A DNA stretch of 64,000 nucleotides from NCBI GenBank assembly GCA_002269645.1, contig NIVC01000023.1, positions 682,001 through 746,000 of the forward strand. Reading direction: 5' to 3'. This document shows positions 30,420 through 64,000 of this stretch, one piece after another. Position 1 is the first letter of the stretch. The number at the start of each line of letters is the position of its first letter. A program made the translations under genes and the position numbers. The notes beneath the pieces are model-generated. The model had not been told where the DNA came from. It saw only the letters and a program-made list of their open reading frames with translations, and made no database searches. This stretch comes from Macrostomum lignano (lineage: Eukaryota).

Positions 30420-31090
30420 ATCAAGAGTGATTCTCGTGAGGCAAGGAGAGTGATTCTCGCAAGGAAGGGAGAGTGATACTCCTGAGGGAGAGTTATTCTC
30501 ATCAGAAAGGATTAATTACCATGAGGAAGGGAGAGTGATTCTCATGAGGAAGGGAGAGTGATTCTCATGAGGAAGGGAGAGTGATTCACGAGAGGAAGGG
30601 GTGATTCTCATGAGGAAGGGAGTGATTCTCATGAGGAAGGAGTGATTCTCATAAGGAAGGAGTGATTCTCATGAGGAAGGAGTGATTCTCATGAGGAAGG
30701 AGTGATTCTCACGAGGAAGGGAGTGATTCTCGAGAGAAAGGGAGAGTGATTCTCATGAGGAAGGGAGAGTGATTCACGAGAGGAAGGAGTGATTCTCACG
30801 AGGAAGGGAGTGATTCTCATGAGGCAAGGAGAGTGATTCTCGCAAGGAAGGGAGAGTGATACTCCTGAGGGAGAGTTATTCTCATCAGAAGGGATTAATT
30901 GCCATGAGGAAGGGAGAGTGATTCTCGAGAGGAAGGGAGAGTGATTCTCATGAGGAAGGGAGAGTGATTCTCATGAGGAAGGGAGTGATTCTCATAAGGA
31001 AGGGAGAGTGATTCACGAGAAGAAAGAGTGATTCTCATGAGGAAGGAGTGATTCTCATGAGGGAGTGATTCTCATGAGGAAGGGAGTGAA
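30420..31090. repeat. 21-25-bp purine-rich minisatellite GAGTGATTCTCATGAGGAAGGGA
   Basis: ~28 copies with an internal block duplication. Confidence 0.93.
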
Positions 31091-34000
31091 AAAAAATTAG
31101 AATAGACACAAACAAATATTAATTTATCTTTTTAATAAAGTCCTACTAGAACCAAGGGTCAAATTATATTAGATAATTCCTAAGTACAATAGAAAAAATG
31201 CATAAATATCCTAGAAAAAAGCTAGTCTTCTTTTTCAACACCTGAGCCAAAAAATATAAATCTAGTGGCTCTTTGAAAAAATAACTTTTATATAAAATGA
31301 GCCAATGTACAAATAAAAGGCCTGGCCTAGGCTTAACTAAACTATAATGTCAATATTTAGGAAAGACTTCATTGTATTATAATTATTTTGTAAAATTATT
31401 ACTATTTATAGATTAAAAAAGAATAAATATATATATATATTTCTTTTAACTTTTCACTAGGCTTAAAATATACTAGCCAATATAATTTGGATCTAGGACT
31501 ATTCATCTGCCGGTGCTAAGTAATGGATATGGTAACCAACATAGGTTTCTAGACACTTCGGTGACAAGATGCTTTTCTAATAGATGTTTCAACTATAAGC
31601 CATATCAGCAACAGACGTTGCAGTAACTTATAGCATAGTAGAGTTCCTAACTTTGTTATAGTCGTTTAATGTGTCACTTGCAAAAATCTCAACTTCAAAA
31701 TTGTACATGTGTATATATGATACTTCTCACTATACATATATGTATGTATATATATGATACTTCATTCAGCAGATACAATACACTTTGGGTATATGTAATA
31801 AGTTCCTTTACTGATTTATTCCAAATGCATTAAAAATACCTTCAAAATGCATTGATCACAAAGGGCAAAAATGCATAACAATGTAAAGCTTAATTTAAAA
31901 ATTCTAAGAAAGTATATACTTTTAAAGCCAACTTTTTGTTTGTTTTAGAATATAATTGTTTGAAAGACATTAGTGAAAAAATTTTAAAATATTTTTGCTT
32001 ATTAGCGCAGTGCCTTTTGATGGTAGTCAAATAGTCCAGTACTCTATAATTTATTACTTATAGATTATTATAATCATTAATTGTTTTAATGGAACAAATT
32101 TAATCTATGTAACTAATGATAAATAAATTATTTAGGCATTTATATATATATAAATTTTTGAAGTCTATAAGTAAATAAAATGTCAAATTGAAATTGTATT
32201 TAAATTAAAGCTGCTTTTATCACTTAAAGAATAATAAATAAATAAATAAATTTAGTTTAATTATGCAAAGGTGCTTTTATTAATTATTTTATACCATTGC
32301 CTTTGTAAGATTTCAATTTTTATGAAAATAAAAATTGTTTAAAAAATAAAAAAGATAATAAAACAATATTTTAACAAATAATACTATAGCATAGCCACTT
32401 TAAAATATTACTGTTTGTCTCTGCTATTGAAATTAGGCTAGGGTAACATTTTTTGATCATACAATTCAAAAAAATATTCAAATAAATAGATCTAAGATAA
32501 TTAAATATTTGTACTATCTATCTAAAAGTAAAATGTTTGCTCAATTGATTTATAGTAATAATAATTTTAGTCTTAAACTTAGTTATAAATATAAGTTTTT
32601 AGTGGTTAACTATTATTTTAATTTCAATTTAATATAGAACATTATTAATAACTATTTTCTTGCAATCAACTATTCCCAACTTAATCAATTGAATTGAATC
32701 TAAATATTAATATTTGGAAAGTGTAGGACCCTTATAAAGTTATATACTATAAGGGTATATATAATATACTATATAATATACTATTATATACTGTAAAGTA
32801 AAACAGAGACTTTCAAGATGAAATATAAATTAAATAGCAATTAGACTGTTTCACTGAAATCCTAAAATTTACTGAAAAACTGAAATCTAGTAAAAAAAAC
32901 AATATTTAAACAGAAAATATACAAGAATACAAAGCCTAGGCCTTGACAGCAGCCTTGACTTCCTAATCGTCAGGCATGTATACTCTAAGTTCCTAGTGCA
33001 TTGTAGGCTTGCAGGGTGCATGCTGTTGATGCTCACTCACTGCACAAAAGTAGACATTTGTTTCCCGGATTGTTTATCATTTTAACACTGCACGAAAATA
33101 AACGAAACAGTTAATATAAAACCTGTCTTTTAAACAGAATTTTTTTGACGTTTAAAGGTTAAGTTAGGCTAAAAGTACTTAAGTGATAGTCGAAAACAAA
33201 AGCTAAAAAATACTTTGTTTTACCTACTAAAAATAATAAACCTTTGAAACCGGACAGCTGGGTAAAAAAATAGTTTTTACTTTTTACTCAGCTAAATTCA
33301 GCTACTATATGCACGTTTGTCTTACCTAAATACGTGCTTTTTATACAAAAGCACAGTGACTGTCACCAAATTTTGCACCTTTAACAAAGACATGTAACGC
33401 ACGTACAGAACAATGTACATGCGACACCGGGAGATACTCGATCTTTGCGACATATATTTTGGCATCATGCATTTACCCTAATATATATACAATATATTTC
33501 ACCCATATGTTCTCACACATGTAAATGTATGCACTTCATTGTACGAGACTACTTTCTTCACTGTTATTAATCTACTATTCCATTTGACTCAGGTTTTCTT
33601 GCTTGAATTGTATTGAGTTAGAATGATGACATCTTTCATCATTCAAAGAATATACTGTGCAAATGTTTTTCCCTCAGTCATATTTTAACTCAGCTACGTA
33701 AATTAACGTATAAAAACATGTATAGGCATGGGCATGTGGTCCATACGTCTACCCTGTGCACGGACTTCTCACTGCTCTCTGCACCAGCGTTTTACAGCTG
33801 TGTATGAAGCTTCTGGCAATGTACATGTACAGTGCCCCTGGCCTGTTAAGCTGAACAAGTAGAGCTTCTTTAGACACCCGAACCGACCCCAATTGCTACA
33901 GACTCTAGCTATTCTGATCACAGTAACGTCTTCAACGGGCGGAGGCGCGCCCTGTGACGCTAAAGTCCCTGACAGGATAAACAAATAAACAAGTTGCAAA

Positions 34001-34559
34001 AAATAGCAGAGTCTTTTTTCTAAATTGCAATAAACGTACAAAAGTGTATTTTGTAGCGCTGGCTCAACGAGATTCTCCAGATTTTAGAAATCCTTCCCAG
34101 CAGGATGTTGGCTTCGACAAGTTAAAAGGATATTCATACTACCATAGTAGTACGGCACAAAACACATTTACTGTAAGTCAGAAAACACATAGAGAGCAAA
34201 ATGCAATGCAATTACACAGATTCAGCGCAACACAGACAAGGCAGCTGCAAAAAATTCGATAAAAATGTGTACAAAAATAGCATGTTTGTTTAAATTAGCT
34301 TGTAACAGCGCACAGAAGGCAGCGATTTGAAAACCAGCAGTGCACATAAGATTAGCGATAAAACCAAAACAAAAGGCGCAAAATTGTTGTTTTCTTCGAA
34401 AAGTCACCAGAGCAATGTGAAAAAATATTTAAAATTAGAGGAAAATATAAACTTTTAGAAAACACAAAATCGTAACACGAACCACATCGAATGAGAATTG
34501 TATAAATGTTTTAGCATAAAATTTTTACAACGAATCAAATACCTACATACAAAAACAGT

Positions 34560-35145
34560 ACATCCATATGTTCACTCGTTGCTATGCAGTTAAACAGTCC
34601 ATATTTTGACCCGTTGCTATTGTAGTTAAATAATCCATATTTTCACTCGTTGCTATGCAGTTAAACAATCCATATTTTGACCCGTTGCTATGCAGTTAAA
34701 TAATTCATATTTTGACCCGTTGCTATTGCAGTTAAACAATCCATATTTTCACCTGTTGCTATGCAGTTAAACAATCCATATTTTGACCCGTTGCTATGCA
34801 GTTAAACAATCCATATTTTGACCCGTTGCTATTGCAGTTAAACAATCCATATTTTGACCCGTTGCTATGCAGTTAAATAATTCATATTTTGACCCGTTGC
34901 TATTGCAGTTAAACAATCCATATTTTCACCTGTTGCTATGCAGTTAAACAATCCATATTTTGACCCGTTGCTATGCAGTTAAACAATCCATATTTTCACT
35001 CGTTGCTAATGCAGTTAAACAATCCATATTTTCACCCGTTGCTATGCAGCTAAACAATACATATTTTCACCCGTTGCTATGCAGTTAAATAATCCATATT
35101 TTCACCCGTTGCTATGCAGTTAAACAATCCATATTTTCACTCGTT
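34560..35145. repeat. 35-36-bp minisatellite ATCCATATTTTGACCCGTTGCTATGCAGTTAAACA, starting right after the PKD1-like stop codon
   Basis: ~16 copies. Confidence 0.95.
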
Positions 35146-35154
35146 GCCACGTCA

Positions 35155-63172
<28,018 letters not shown>

Positions 63173-64000
63173 CTGTAAAGGAGAAAACACACCAACCAAA
63201 TTGGCGTCCACGGGAAGACAATTTTTGAGGCGAACTTGGCAAGCGAGAAACAGAAACCGAGACTCGGCAACTGTCGGAGCTTAAGTAGCAGCTGAGGAGG
63301 AGGGGAAGGGGTATTTTGGGGTGGATATTGGGCATAGGGGGGGGGGGCGGGGTGAGTTGGGAATTTATGAAATTCGAGTCAGTTTCCTTTCCATTTCAGG
63401 CAGCCAGCCACTGCAGCAGGGCCACCTCCCGTTTCCCGTGTAATCCCCTCCCCCTCCGAAATCTCTCTCCCCCTTAACCCCACTAATCCCGCACTGCCTA
63501 TAGGATTTGAGTTTGGGGGAGGGGATGGGGGGAAGGGAGAGCGCTGAACGCAGCAGCAGCCAGTGGTTGCACCGCCAGAGAACTAGAAGAGAGAAAATGG
63601 TACGAGGCAGGAGAGAGGAAGAGAGGAAGAGAGGAAGGGAAGACACACAGAAAAAGTGGGGATCATGCCAAAGTATTGGCTGGGCCGCAACTCCCCACAG
63701 CCTCCTCCCTCCTTCTCCACTCCGCTCGCCTTCATGAAACGATTCTATAGACACTGAAGAGCTTTAGCAAGAAAATAGTAGAGGAAAGAAAAAGAAAAAA
63801 CGGTAACGGAGGATTTTTTGGCAAGAAGAAAGACAGACAGGCTAGGCTAAAACCACGGATTAGTTATTGGGGAAACGGCTGCAGCAACTTAATTGACTTT
63901 TTTGTGTGAACATTGATTCACGGCGGAGCTGGCTTGGGGAAGAGAGTGGAGAGAGGTAAGAGAAAAACCCTATAAGCAGCAACAGGCTCCCAGGTACGAA

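Noticed and set aside
33753-33968. AG/GT-bounded GC-richer block, possible 5' UTR exon of CREBRF
   Set aside because: All three frames close and there is no independent evidence; cDNA is needed.
34560-35145. Array of RFX half-sites (GTTGCTATG) in the 35-bp repeat
   Set aside because: The second half-site (GNAAC) is missing, so this is not a full X-box.
63340-64000. Purine/pyrimidine-patchy sequence with small ORFs at the window end
   Set aside because: No recognisable domain or phase-2 donor that I could tie to the PKD1-like gene; probably intronic.

Overview
Eukaryotic (animal) genomic DNA with GC-rich exons and AT-rich introns. About 40 distinct micro- and minisatellite arrays cover roughly 27 kb (~40%) by my hand estimate. 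This architecture resembles the flatworm Macrostomum lignano (inference, not verified). By reading GT-AG sites and checking phase by hand I assembled eight protein-coding genes: RPGR (10 exons, RCC1 repeats, CaaX end, minus); an ankyrin-repeat protein with a SOCS/BC-box-like C-terminus (plus); SVIP; TTC33; a small coiled-coil ORF (plus); an FKBPL-like FKBP-TPR protein; CREBRF/REPTOR bZIP; and the 3' ~28 kb (17 exons) of a PKD1-family polycystin (GPS, TM, PLAT, channel domain). A 265-bp solo LTR with a 5-bp TSD lies in one intron. Most long ORFs in the supplied track are artefacts of tandem repeats or antisense frames. The most interesting signal is that several satellite units are shaped like miniature introns (GT...AG, with a CAG|GT junction in each unit). 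Two of these arrays can be excised exactly from their first to their last junction, suggesting intron birth by tandem amplification or arrays of recursive splice sites. No rRNA, tRNA or CRISPR array is supported.
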